Assembly (NCBI GenBank): GCA_002633005.1
Contig: NMRA01000340.1
Span: forward strand, 357,435 to 421,434
Source of the DNA: Phoronis australis
Taxonomy: Eukaryota > Animalia > Phoronida
Reading direction: 5' to 3'
DNA: 64,000 bases
Below the pieces are notes generated by a model. The model had not been told where the DNA came from and searched no databases. It saw only the letters and a program-made list of their open reading frames with translations. Both the position numbers and the translations under genes were made by a program. Below are positions 33,452 through 48,400 of this stretch, piece by piece. Every line of letters starts with the position of its first letter. The stretch's first letter is position 1.

Positions 33452-36400
33452 GTAAGTGTGGCTCTCTATCTTAGTAGGCGTTTTGACTGTAACAACATGA
33501 AGCCAATCAAAAGTATACATTCTACGTGCTGTAGAGGTCGAGGGGTGTTTCTAAAGAAGCGACATTCGACAACTTGATTTTGAGCAATAAAACAACAATT
33601 ACATCTAGAGAGTTTGGGGCTAGTTTGATCCTTTTTCAAAAAAAATGTCATATTGTGAAGACCAGCTGCACAAGTAAAAAGCGCTGGGACAGAAGAACTA
33701 TCAATCGGTGCTGTATAGGATTAAACCTCCATTTATAACCAAAGTTTTATTTTCGCAATGTCCAAGGACAGACCTTGACCCAACCCCGTCCAACTTCGAT
33801 CAACTTCTGCCATGAGAATAGTCTTATCAACAATATAGATAGTCAGAATAAACGATAAATGACAGGTGTGTGTGTGTGCGCGCACACGTCTGTGCGTGCG
33901 CGTGTTTGCGTTCCGATAAATTTGGACATTGAAACGTTTAGATTTACATTTTCAACATCACCTATTGAATATTATACAGGTATAGAATTTTAGTGTCTGA
34001 AACATCAAAATTAACTTCAAATCGATTCTGTAGAAAAGGGTGGGCACAATTACATATTAGGCGCCGAACGTGTCCTTCTGAAAACTTCCCCAGCTCCAGC
34101 TAGTTTGGTGCAAAAATATCGTGTGACATCTCGTCGTAGGATTCAAGAATATAAATGAATGTCATGTTGCCTTGAAGCACGTTGTCCTACCTGAATGTAC
34201 ACATGTTAGTTACCATGAAACGCGGGCCATCTTGTAGAACAGAAGCGCGAAGTTTTCTAATAAGTGAAAAGTGCACTTTTGATTTCAAATCTGTTCTGCT
34301 GCTTTGCAAATCACATGATTACTGTCAAGTGTCGTTAAAGTTTCATCTTTCTTCTTTTATTACGTATGGTCTTTTGCGGAACATGCCTCGAGGCCGAACT
34401 TTCTCCGTTTCCTCTACATACAAGCCAATCATATACCTTCTTCTTCAGAGCCTCCAGACGGTTGGTTGTCGTGAGGCTCCTAAAATATTCTTATTAGCTA
34501 TATAGGCCAGTAAGACAGAGTTGGTTCCGGCCTGTACCCGAACTCATATAACAGGCCCTGCAGGTACAGTTCAGTTACGCTAGTGTCTCGCTAGAAAAGC
34601 AAGAGCTCGTGAAATTCCGCGAGACATCGCCTTGTACTTTCAATGAGACTAGCATGTAATTTTGACTAGACTTTTCTGGCCGCGTGACAGTTGTGGAACT
34701 CGACGCCGCTCAAGTAGACACGCGCATTCGTTTTCATCCACTGTCTAGCTCGAACCTTCTTTTAAAATCCACACAGAAGCATTCTAGTAAGGTTTTAAAA
34801 TAGAACTTGCACGTTAATTCCTTATCTCTGTGGTTGCTTGGTCAAATTAGTTAAAAATACAACATATACTGACGATGTGAATGTGACGTAGGTTGAAAAT
34901 TGCCAAATGTTTTTAAGAACGAGTATTGTGTCGAAAATGATACGCCGGAAATCACTCAACATTGTCCAGTAAGTACCGTGACGTGGTGTTGAGGAATAAC
35001 ACTGCATGGTGTGGGAGATGCGAACCCTCAAAGTACGTCATTAGTGCAAAAGTCACCTATTTGCAGATCTTTTGTTTTCAAGCATACAAGTTGTCAATGA
35101 ATACAACTACACTTTGTTTATCCTAGATAATTTCAAATAGCATTTCGTTTAGTTCCTGCCATATATTAGCATAGACAGGAGCCCGCAAATACATCTTTAA
35201 GCCCCTTGGCTAGTCAATCAGCCACGATCGCCTAATTATCAGGTTACTCCCCACACCTATTTGAGAATTGACAACTACAGATGAAAGCGCTCGGAGGAGC
35301 GACACTTGACGAAATTGCTTGAAAAGATAAATGGTAATGATGATGGTGATGATGTACATGATGATAACAATCACATGACGAATGAATTTGTCAGAAATAA
35401 GTAAGAAATATGGTCTTGTTCAATAGAAGGTACACTGAGAAAAGCTGTTGTTGTAACAGTTCATTTAAAGAATGAACCTCAAAAAATTCACATGCAAAAA
35501 TTCACGTCATTTGCTCTTCCCGTTCAAAATGACACACTAGCACGATTGAAAATTGATGAAAATGCGTCGATCAGCCATTTTAAAAACAACTTCCGGATAA
35601 GCAGCACTCGATAATAGCTTCGTCTATCACATGAAAGATTTCGAAGCAATTGGTCCTAGAATGAGCCCTCTACAGGACAAAGGTTTTTGTCCCGAAATCG
35701 AGGTGCGCATACGCGATGGCTGATATTTCCGCTATCTTTAATTAGAAGTACCTGTATGATGCAATGATTCTATGGATTTTCAACTGTGTACGCTGAATAT
35801 TGCGACCTCTATGAGCATTTGAATCTGAAATGAAAAAAAATGGCCCTCACTTCCGCCATCTGCAATCTGATCATGACAAAAAACAGTGTGGTTTTAGCTC
35901 TCCCGAAACTAGAGGTTGTGCATGAATATCGTGGGAATTGGAAAAAAATGTGACCTGTTGAGTCCGAACATACAAAAAAGTTGATGGCAGAGCAACATAC
36001 TTGGCGATATTTATTTTGCCAAGTAATAAAGAGCGCTTTCTCGTCAATTTAAATATGCTATGATTCCCTTTTATTTTTCCGTTGTAAAGGTTGTTGTTCA
36101 TTCGCATCGAATGTTTTTGTCGTGAAGGTACGCGAATGCATTTTCACGAGGTGTGCTGATTGCAAATTAGATCGAATATCCTCCCATTACCATACGAGTT
36201 GACAAGAAGACACCTCCCCCTTTTAGAGAGAAAGCACCTATTTATTGGGAGCTTCTACATAAATGATTTAGTGACCCTTAGCCATAAAGAGTTTCCGAAA
36301 TAGCAAGTACATGAAAGAGGGACATTCAACTCAGTCAGAATTTGTAACTTTGCATGGTTTCAAATACCAGTCACGCTTCAAGGCAATTTAGCTCACGAGT

Positions 36401-39400
36401 GATCGATAACGTTGACATATTATGATGGTCCCTTAAGAAACAAACATGAACCTTTCTACGGAGGTATGTAGCAAGAATGAGCTTTTTCCGAGTTCCAACC
36501 CATGAATACTTCCGTAGGAAATTAATCGGAAAGTCATCCTTTGAAACAGGAATGTGGCCACGAAAAAGTGCCCCAATCGAGCACCACATCTCTCTACATA
36601 AGTGTCCCGGTGGTGCTTGTCAGACGACTTTGAGTATTTTATTCTGAAACGCTATTAAAGAACATCACCACCCGCATGTTTTGGCTAATAGAGTTACAGA
36701 AAAGGCGACTTAAGGTTCACTAGGTGGCACTACCCGTAGGTCCCGTGACCTGTGACTTCCGCTTTCATGCATTTTAATTTATTATTTCTCCAGATATGAC
36801 ATAAGGCTTCTCTCTGGTGTGTTGACAAAAACGGAATTTTAAGATAACGAGTTGGTGTGCTTAGACTACACACACTTTATTTTAGGGTATAGGGTATTGC
36901 TCATCATTTATTGCAACGCCCATTTCTAACCATGATGCTTATGATGAAGATGACAACGACGACGGTGAAAACGACGACAATGGCAGTGGTGAAGAGGATG
37001 GAGATGAAGATGAGGAGGTTGAGAATGGGGGTAAATAGGACGACAATGCCACCATCAGTCACTTTATTGTTCAATTTGTCAGTTCCCTCAAGGTGGGTTG
37101 AGATTTGTAGACCACAAGACACTAGTTTGTACCAGCGGCAAAAATCACTTATTCAACGGCAAAAACTGAATTCAGTTTCTTAATTCAACTCTCCAACTTT
37201 GTGGTCGCCATTTTGCAAGGATAGGCCAGTAAGTTCCCGAGCATAGTCACGTAACACTCGCCTTTCACTCGCGTGATTTTGCGAGGTCTTTCGAGTTCTT
37301 CCCTTGCTCGCAAGAAACTAGGTCTACCGGACGCTCCCCAGATTTATCCAAATAATCAGGGTACATGTACATGAAAGAGTTCTGCATGAATTAATACGCA
37401 TAAATAAAAGATCTCGTTAGAGTCAACATGGCTACATCGCGACGATCAGTCATATTACACTTAAATGCACATCGTGCATGTACTGTACGCTATATTCTTC
37501 AACACAGTATACAGGGAAATTGATTTTTAATTCATGGGTGTCTAAGTTTAAGGCACATTTCTTAGGGTCTATTTCAAAGCCTAATTGCAGGCTACTAAAG
37601 CGCACTATTGTAGCAATACATTTCATTGGTTTCCACATGTTACAACATAAAGGACACAGTCACGGTGCCATGATTCTTTTTACTAGTACCGGTGCCAATG
37701 TTGCAGACTTTGGCGACTGTGTTTTTCAGTACAGGAGATTTCGGCATGAGGGCAGGGGGGTTGCAAACAACACCGGCTTTCAAATTCAAAACTACACTAC
37801 ATGGAAATCAGTGTAGCCGTTTATGTCGCAAATGGATTTGACTAATGGTACCTTATTTGTAAAGCAGTAATCGTGAATCACGGTGATTTAGAGGAAAATA
37901 TTTTCAAAGTACCATCGGTTTCAAACTTGCTTGCAAACAAAATACTGGTTTGAACTAGTTTTGCTTTCCCGTTCGCGGACGTGATTGCAGGTGACAGCGA
38001 CACGAACGTGATCGTCTGTAGCAGACGATGGGTAAAATCGTGTTCGATGCTTCTTATGTTCTATGTATTGTTACAACCTTGGTCATGTTTATTTTTTATC
38101 ACGTAAATGTTACTGAGCAAAAACATACGACTGGTTATTCCAGAAGCGTTCATTCATCAATAACCAAAGGACGTGGTTTCTCCAGACAAAGAGCTAGCCA
38201 GTGAAACAAAGATTGTGTTTATTAAGGAAAAAGAAAGTCTATTAAAACCGTGGAAGTTACACAAAACGCGTTATAATTAAAAAATTTCAATTCTTTCTTC
38301 TCTCGTCCATGAGCTCATAAAAATCACTCAGGTGCTTTTGCGAAGTCATCGGCAACTGGCCGCTAGGGTATATTATGGCCGCCATTAAGTTAAATTTCAA
38401 AAACACATCTCGTTAATTTTTCATACGAACTCGCCCGAAAGACAAGTTTTAAGTTGTCCAGTACGAGGACTAGATTTTTTACATTATTTTCGCAGTTGAA
38501 CATCAATAAAATTTGTAATGTGACCGCCAGATGCCATGGGATCTGAAGCGTTCTCAACATGATATGCGCGCGTATGAAGTTCAGGCGGCAGTAGCTTCTG
38601 GTCCTATACAAAGTCATTTTTCAGCTCAGTGAGTTTATTGTGAAACAACAAATGTCTCAACTGCAGTGTACGCCATTATCTCCTCAGTTTGAGAACATAA
38701 TCATAGTGTGTTGACCAAGTTGTTCCAAATTCTGGATAGACGGGCTGCAGCCTTCCTCGTCCTTCTCGGTCACCTCGCTAGAGCTCCTCCGTATCATAAT
38801 GAACTTTCCGATCTTCCAAACTCTGTCATGAGCCTTTAAGGACTAGGGAGGGTACAAATTGCCCAGAAGTCGGCCAGCAGCCTGACCTACGCCACCTGGT
38901 GGTCACATTTGAAAATGGCTGTTGGGAACAGTGAAAACATCATATAAATTCTTTTACCTCATCATGCTTCAAGAAATTACTGTTTACCGTGTTTCAACAT
39001 GATGAACCTCTTCAATGTAATTTGGAGTGTTTCAAATACATAGAATTTCATGTCGCTTTTAAGTTAACATGTCTTCCTTTGTTAACTAATGTTACCTGTA
39101 ACCCTATTTCACAAAAAATGCTATTTTAAAAATGCGGATCGAGAGAGTTTCATATAAATCTAATTTCATAAAAATTGTTGTTGTTTTCTAGTGAACACGC
39201 CATTTTTAGAAAGGTTGTTTCTATACGTGCAACCTGTCAATTCAATTCAATTTTCCCGCAAAAGTTTTACCACAACGCGAAGCGCTATTGTTTGTCAAAC
39301 CCCACACTTTACCGAGTGAAACGACTGTTGTTTCAAAGTTCCAAATATATCAATGTAGTTTTAAGCAAGTTACTCCGTGACAAATACGACGTTGTCTGTG

Positions 39401-42400
39401 ACTCACTCGAAAGTGACTCGCTACTGAACTCCACACGCAGCGAATTACGTGGATTTCGCGCCTCAGGTTTCAGGGTTTAAATACGCTAATTACTTTCAAT
39501 ATTAAATTACGTTAATTACCTCTTTCCTTTTTGATGAATTTAGCGCGATTTTGAAAAATTAAACTAAAGAATCAAAATTGAGTACATTACAGGGGTGGGG
39601 GACTGACTCAACAGTAAAAGGTAGTTTGGAACATAAACTGAGAACAAAATGGTGGGTGTTCGTCTGTTGACACAAAATTCGGAACACCTTATCTCGGGAA
39701 TGAGTACTCCGATTTCAATCGTGTTTGGGCTTTTCTGGCTGCGCTATATCTTAAAGCCCACTCTCAATAGACAAAATGCATATCAATCTGTATTGTTAGT
39801 CAAAGTTTGCGTCCTGTTTTTGTTGTACTACTCCATTTACTATGAGCCCGTTCCGGCCATCACGACCCCAACGTCAAATAACTTAAGGTGGCGCTCGCGT
39901 GAACCGAATTAAGCTCGCATGACATCATTAAGACGGATACGAGGGTGAAATTCTTCGACAGAGAAGAGATTGTGCGTTCACTGACTATCAGCACCGAATA
40001 CAAATCATGAATTTCGAATGTGTGAAAATTGGAGATAGAATTAGGTGGTTATATTAACAAAATACTACAGCAAATTAAAAGTTGAGCCGTACCCGCCGCG
40101 ATTGTGGCCACAAGAGACCTTGAATCCTACAGGCACGTTGACTCCAGCATTCATGAACTCTGCACAGAATTTACTGTTCAAAAATACACGTACTGTAAAT
40201 ATCAAATTGACGCTTTGTCTACTCTGCGTCAGATTTAATGGAAAAACAGAGTCTCAGACTTTTTATGAGAGTTTTCGTTATTTTTTGTGTTTAACTTAAA
40301 ACTCAAGTCGCATTATTCTTCGAAAAGTGCTAAACAGTGAACGTATTTTAGCGATTAAAAAACATCGTCGCTAGTTATGCAAAATCCCTTAAACGGTTTT
40401 TGAGCATTTTTAAAGACTTATTACAGAAAGTTTGTTAAATACTGGCGAAAGGACTTCTCCTATCAACGTACATGTCGAAAATCATATTTTGACAAATGCG
40501 CATGGTCGAGTGACCACAACAATGACATAGCGCTTTCATGACAATAATACATTTGTCGCGACTCCTTATCACAGAAAATCTATACTTTCATGTGTTGACA
40601 GTCGCTAATTACTTGGATGTTTGTAGAACAATAAAATATTTTATTGAGGGCTGAAGGCCTGAGGGGTAAACGTAACATTTAGAATGATATTCAACATATA
40701 ATATTTAAAATGTTGTCCGGCGGCCATACTCAGTAACATGTTCACATGCACATGACAAAATTGTCCAAAATATATTCCGTATACCCGAGAAGATATACTT
40801 TGACGTTTTACGAATTCCTAAAATCAGTACATGTACATTCAATAGGGCGTCGGGCTGCCATATTGGAATTCTTGGTATTCAGTTGTGAAAACCGTGCAAG
40901 ACAATAATTATGTTTACACTCGAAAACGACAATAGTCTGATATAACGTGCATTTTGAGAACCAGTTTGATGCCCGTTATTTAGTGGGGAAAACTGGTTCT
41001 CAAAATTCGGGCGGGTTATATCAGATCATTACCCTCGAAAACTTATAGTTGGCCGCATTTGAGACGAATTTCGGACGAAACGTAGAGAACATGCTTTTGC
41101 GTAGCGCTCATAATGGATTTTCACTCCCTAACGGCTAAGTCCCGGCGACTTCGAATTTTTATGACTTAACAGCACATTTCTATTCATTCCTAGAGGAATT
41201 CACTTCCTGTAATCGAGACCAACGATACTTCAATCTTTTTATAATTCTGACGCGCGAATTATGACACCCTCTGTAAGGCTCTACGGTGTGATTAGATACA
41301 TGTGCAGCAGTGTTGAAAAAAATAAAAATACGCTTCTACGTTGAAACCATTGTAACTGTATACAACATTCTTGGTAAATTTGTCGATAAAAAGTCTATCA
41401 CAGATGAAAAATTAATTATTTATTGATCAGTCATGAAGTGAACAATAAATACCCAATCATCTTTAATGTCAAACGTTTGGCACCAAAACTATAGAATACC
41501 TATACATGCGTAGAAACAATGCTTATAATGTAGAAGTAGAGAATACGTGCAACTGTTAAGACCTGGCAGCCTGATGTCAAATTTTTTCCGTCTCTTGACT
41601 AAACCTCTGTGACTGAACTGAAACAACTCCGAGGGATAGTTTGAGGCTACAAAAATAGACCATTTGTTGAAAACCCCTGTGACAATACGCCGGACCGACT
41701 AATCGTCCTCTTTTCTAACCTTCCGGCAGTTCAATAACAAAGTCGGTTTTTCTGATAAATTACACTTATTTACAAAACATCTACCAAGAGCATTTCAGTG
41801 ACTGTGTGAATTTTGTTACGAAATCGAGCGGTCTAACGAACTATGTTGAGTCTCGGATGAAAGGTCTAAACTTATCAGCCGTTCTTTGCGTTTTTGGGCA
41901 AAGTGACATGTCATGTGCGTTACGCAAGAGAACACGGGTATGGGCACACATGGAAAGCTCCCAGTAACAAGCTAATGTAACGTAGGCAAGTTAAGAGACA
42001 AGTAGCAAATTAAACGTGAAATACTGACAAATAGGAACTAATGAAACCTAAAATAAGCGGAACTTTGACAGCAGGATATTAAGATTGCGTGCAAAAAGAA
42101 CAAAATGAATGGAATCATGAACACATACATTAGCCACACAGCAATCGATAGAAAACTAATTCAGTGAACTGGAATTTTTCTGTTGTTAAAGAATTTCCGA
42201 AGTCGTCTAATCTAAACATTAAATTGGCGGTATTATACGTGTAAACGAGTTAGTGCTTGATAAGAGGTAAATTGAAGTCGAGCTTGAAATTTCCCCTCGC
42301 GCTATACGACTGTAAATTCAGAACGTGACTCGAAACATTTTATTAACTATCGGACATAAGATTTTCCGTTCATTTATAAAGACGGAATATTTTTAAAGCA

Positions 42401-45400
42401 AAAACCAGCCCGATAATTAAAGTAGAAAAATGAAATATTTTGTCAAACTACTTCTCAGTACCCATTTCAGAGACTGAGTATGGGCAGGGCGTGTAGCAAA
42501 AAACAAAATCCGCAAAATCTACAAATCGTTAATTCTTGCCGGTGTCTGCCAGATATTCGTAGAAATCAAAACCGGTGTCCTCACCATAAATACTCATAAA
42601 TATTCAGCCATACAGTAGAGTGTGGAGTGTTTGGATGCTACTGCAAAATTAGTGGGTTCGATTCTGCGCCGAGAAGATCCCCTTAATAATGCGCAAGTCA
42701 AGTGCAAATAATTATGTACAATGCAGATTGTCTATTTCACTATTGTCATTTATGAAATCATGTCGAATTGTGCGTAGTACATGTATTATAGTCAGCAGAC
42801 TAGGGTTACACTACGTTTCTTCTCAGTGCTCTCTTTTTACCAGAGATGTGCTGTAAATGTCCATGCCATGACATCAGGGGCCCATTTCTAACATACCCAG
42901 AATTGTAAACTTATCTGTCCTCAATTTCTCACCCTTGGTTCATGAACCTTGGTAATTGGCCCATTATGTTGTGCGCCCAGCAAAGCTAATGAAGCAAAAT
43001 ACTGGCTGTGGACTAATTTCTAGCTTTAGGTTATAAAAGTCGTATTTCTTTTCTGATTTTCAAAATTAAAAAATCTGAGTTGTTTTCACGACCTATTCAA
43101 ATTAGACACTCAAACCATTTCAAATTCGAAACTTGAAAAATACTATTTTCTCCCCCAATGTTTTCAATCATGTTTGCGCCGATTGTCGAAAGAACAATAA
43201 CATCAGCTGACCCTAGAAGGTTTCTTTAAAGATAGCGGCGGATTTTAAGGTTGAGTTGCCCGAACTCGACCGGTGAGGTTGTCAGCGTTAGATTCTCTTC
43301 ATGGAACAATGTGAGCCTTTCAAGTAGTAACGGGTGCAACTGATCACATCAGATTGGATAATAGAGACCTCTAGAGGACGAGTAGGCAATTTTAATTTCG
43401 TTCAAAAAGTATCCCATTTAATCACATACACTGTAAAGGTCTTTTTACCAGATCAAATGTTCCTCTATGCCAACTGGTGTGAAGAAGAGGTACCTCCCAG
43501 TACCAACAGGTGGCGGTAAGAGCCATGGGTCCCACGTGAACAGTCCCTATTGATTTCGAAAAGTCTCCCATTTGGTCTTTGTCATTTGACTTTAGCCAAA
43601 AGTCAGAAATCTGACTACGAACAGCCAAAAGTTGTTTGTTGTGTCTTTGGCATTTCTCAAAATGTCTGTCTCCTGTTCATTCGAACAGACTATTCATTTC
43701 CGTTTTTAACTTTAAGTTGTACACAGATTTTCTGACTTCCGGTCTTCATTAGCCTGAATTTCGTGAAATAGGCTAAACAATCCGTAGACTGATTTTAGCC
43801 ATTTGCATCAAAGTTGATTGAAGAATGGATTTCTGACAACATTAGTTTGACATACATGGTAAAATATCATTTAGGAACCAAATTTTTATTGGATTTTCGC
43901 AGACTCTTATGCATGCAAATCAAAAAGCATCGAACCCTTTAAATATTTAGTCATCAATCGCCGCCCAATATAAAAACTTCACGACTTTTAAATTTCCGCA
44001 TGTTGAGTTTTAAGGTTTTATGAGAAGGAAGAATTTTCAAGCATTAATATTTCGGCGGATCTGGAAGACATGTACACAAATGACTGACCATGAGCTTTCG
44101 GAGAAGAGCACGAGTCGGGGTACCCACAGGGGATTTGGCCCTCCATCATTTTCTGATATTATGTTAATTCTAATACATTCCAGCATAAGGCGTTGCAACA
44201 ATTTTGACTAAAACTTGTATCAACAATCCAAGAATCTTCATTCTCATTCCAGCCAAAACGAAAACGAGAACACCGACTTTGATTTCGTTGTGGCAAATTG
44301 TGTTTATTTTCGTCGCTACATCGACAAAATAGTGATAAACCTAGAACAAGATCACATATAAAAATATAAACTAATGTTTCATCAATATTTCTGAATTGTC
44401 TATGTAAAGACGCGATCGTGAAAGCAGTTAAAAATCTCCAGCAACGCAAACTGGAAAATTCTAGACATATGATGAACGTAATGTTAGGTGTGTCTAATGA
44501 CAGTTATCTTTATTCGGTCTGTGACATAAAAAAGGATTAGGGAACAAAGGTCGTTCAAAAAGCCTTATGAAATTTAAATTTCAATATCTCGAAAACGAGA
44601 AAATAGAAGAAAAGCGACTTCGATTGCAAGTTGCTTAGCTCCACGGACTTGAGTGTGACGTTTGAACGTTCCCAGCGCTAGTGTGTCATGTCCACCAACA
44701 CGAGAGGTTCTTGTTCAAACATGTGTCATATCTGCGCTACTCCGATGACCCGCGAGGAAGTGAAAAAAAAACAGCGTGGTCAAATATTATGTTTTCACAG
44801 CTACCACAAATGCAACGCCTCGACATCCCTTATTATACCATGAACCACGGGAAAACGAGCAGGTAATCATTTGACGATTTTCCACACTAAACAAAATGAA
44901 GGACTAGTGACGTGATTAGTTGTCCCTATTTGACGTAGTATGTAAATGTATCGACCAATAAATGCTTGAAACTCGAGATCAGCTAACTCGCATATCGTCT
45001 GGTAGTGTTTGCGGGTGTTCTGACTTGACAGCTGATCGACTGCTGGAATTGTTTTTTTTTTGTGTTTTGATATGAAATCGGTGAATTTAAGCACATTCAG
45101 TCATATCATAAGCATTACAAATACACGGTCAAGGACATTTAATATCAGTTATTTTCTTACTTACATCTCTTTTTAATTGTAAGAAGCGATTTCACTGTGA
45201 ATCGTGCTTTATCAAACCAAAGCATTAGAAAATATGTTTCAGACACTACTAATTTGCAAGTTTGGTCCTGACGTCATCATCAATTCATAATGACAGTTCA
45301 GTGTCATGTGATATTGAGTGAGATGAGTTCTGCAGTCATGCTATCTTGTAATTATTTGTGACAAAACATTGTGTTGTCCTTAACGCCTCTTAACACTTTT

Positions 45401-48400
45401 ACACGGCAGATTGATCGAGGCAAAGTTCGTCTGCGATAGGTCATTCTTAATATCAAACTCGTGTATACGTGTATAACATCCGTCTGAAACTAGGCTTGAA
45501 CAGAGATTAGTTACGTTCCAATCACTAGCACTAAAGGAAGTTCATGTACCAAACTAACCGATTAAAGCAATTTTTTAATTTAAAACTGTACATAGTAAAT
45601 ATGGTTGAGCTTTGGGTATTTTTCTATTTGAATTCTATTAGAATTGTTCTCACAGTAAACGAGAGAAGACTAGCGCTTATTTAACCCATGATCAGAGTTA
45701 TTAGCGTCACACTGACACCGTTGTAAAAGTTACATTTCGCTCTGTTTCAGAGCTGGCCTTTTACTCTCATCGGCCTCACAATATAAGACTAGAAAGATTA
45801 TTGTCACGGCGTGACAATAACGGACTCTGCGCGTGCGTATTACTGGAATTATTATGGGAAGTTACTGACAGCAACCCGTTTACCAATATGAAAAGGAATT
45901 CTTTTAAATTGTAGGAGAAATTACATATTAATTTTTTGATGACCTTTCCACTATTTGACCTCTTCCGGTGCATTATGAGCCCCGATGAGGGAGTAATTGT
46001 TAACTCGATTAAAAGTGTGGTTAGTGCTAATAATCACAGATGTTTTACTTTAAGCCCTTCAGAATACAAGATGAATCAAGTAGTCAAACTTTCAGAAGAA
46101 AAATGCACCCAATGACCCCATGGGTGCACCAAATGACCTGAAAATTTAGAATTCAAACTCAATCGCACTTAGTAAACAGATACGTAATTCTGAAGTCTCT
46201 AGCTCAAAATTTTAGTTTGCACTCAATGACCATTGACCTATTTTTTCTGATTGGTCAGGCCTATTGCAAAGTAAAGTAGGGTATTCAATTGACATGTTGA
46301 CTTACACCAGTGTGCTGAAATTGAAAAGAATTCCTTGAAAAACGTAAAAGATATAACATGTTGAACGTTACATTACCTTTGCACTAATTGACCTCATCCG
46401 GTGCATTTTAAGCATCTTTAGAAGAATTATTGCAAAGCCCATGGAAAATGTGTTTAACGCTGAGAATCACAGTTGTCTAACGGTTGACACATCAGAATAC
46501 TTGCTGATTGAAAAGGTCAAATTTTCAGAAGAAAAATGCACCTAGTGACCCCATGTTTGCACTAAATGACCTGAAACTTTAGATTCCGATTTGATTTACC
46601 TGTGGCAATCAGACCTGTCAATTTGAAGTGTCTAGCTCAAAATTTTAGTTTGCACCTAATGACCTTTGACCAATTTCACCTGATTGGATGACCCGATTAC
46701 TTATAAAAGTAATTTTTTAAATTGTCATGTTGACTTATACCTGTGCATCGAATTTGAAAAAGATAGCTTTAAAACTGAAGGAGGAGTAGCATTTTGAAAA
46801 TAATACGACCTTTGCACCAAACGACCTCTTCCGGTGCAATATGGAATATGATTATATAACCAATCAAAATTTATGTACTGTCAAAAGTCATATGCTGAAT
46901 TTAAAGACCGTACCTGCACCCAATTTGGAGTTATTAAGCCTCAAAGTTGGTCGGAAGAAGAATAAGAAGAAGAATAAGAATAAGAATAAGAATAAAATTG
47001 AAGAAAACCCAGGAACAACAGTACTCTGCGCTTACACGCGCAGAGTAATAAGACGAATAAGAAGAAGAATAAGAATAACAATAAGAATAAAATTGAAGAA
47101 AACCCAGGAACAACAGTACTCTGCGCTTACACGCGCAGAGTAATAAGATACGATTCTAATTTTATTACCAGCGAGAACATCGAAACCACCAGCAACTCAA
47201 AAAACGCTACATACATGTAGTTTACTGGGGTTGACCAACCCAGAACTTACTTCAGATTCGAAAATAGTGCAAGTGCGCTTGGGTGCAAGCACATACATGT
47301 ACTATCCAAATAGCCTGCCAGATATGCAGATAAATACGCGAGGTGCGTACTGTAGCTTGAATGCTCTGTGAAAAGCGATGCTCGTTCAGTCCATTAAAAC
47401 TCTACTGGCGGTCAACGCAACTTCATCACCAGATAATTTTACATTTTTAGTGTTAGTTTTAAAGTTGTCCGTCGGTAACTTGAGGAAAAATCGACATTAA
47501 ATGCTATACTGAAAGAGCCAAATAAATTAAAGGAAACTGCGTTCAAGATCAGCCATTATTCATTGGACGTAGTCCTGCCATAGTTTAGTATTCAATGACT
47601 TGGCTGAACGACTAATTAGTAAGTAGTTTCGTATTTCAGTATGTAGTCTACCAGAGTTTACAAATTATAGTTAATCCGTGCATAATATTAACGTCATCGA
47701 TAGTGCAATTGACTGCTCTCACCTGACAAATATACATGTACACATGTGGGGTCTCAAAGGAGTGAATTTGACACCTTTCTCCAAGAATTCAGAAAGGCGT
47801 GACAATGTTTGTCATCATTTTAATGGTGTGGGTAGTTCAACATGTCTATAAAGAGGAGACAGTGTGACCGAGTGGGATAAGTGCCCGCTTCCTTTACAGA
47901 AGGTGTGTTTGAGTCCCCGCACTGGGGCGCACTGCTAGACCCTTGAGTCAGGTCTTAGCTCCTCAACTCGGTTTTAACTATATATTTATAAAAGCATAAA
48001 AACGGTTTCAGGTCAGCAATGGGCTCACCTGAGCGGTCTACGCACGGCTGGTACGACGTGTACCAGACAGCTTGCTATTATTTGGATACATGTCCATATA
48101 AATATGTTCAGTTGTTCTGTGGGGGTAGATGAGGTGCAATTTATCTGAATATTACGTAGTGCATGTTTTTCAAGTGGAATAAATGTAACTCCACTAACTT
48201 AAAAGTATCGGTGTTACCATGGTAACTGATTTACAAGTATCAGTGCCATTTGTGTTTACATGTCATATACCTATCACACGATTTTGAAAAATATTTTTGA
48301 AGTAGAAGGTGCACCAGTGAATATAATCAAGAATGGCTCATTTCGTATCAAGAAATAGTCGGCTTTTACCCCCAAAGGAGATCACCCTGGTATCTCCGAA

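Noticed and set aside
45965-46020. Hammerhead-like cccgatgag...actcga motif
   Set aside because: The CUGAUGA and GAAA core is not intact, and the sequence is part of the HINE tandem unit.
46841-47143. Lys/Arg/Asn-rich 100-aa ORF
   Set aside because: Translation of the HINE microsatellite and duplicated terminus.
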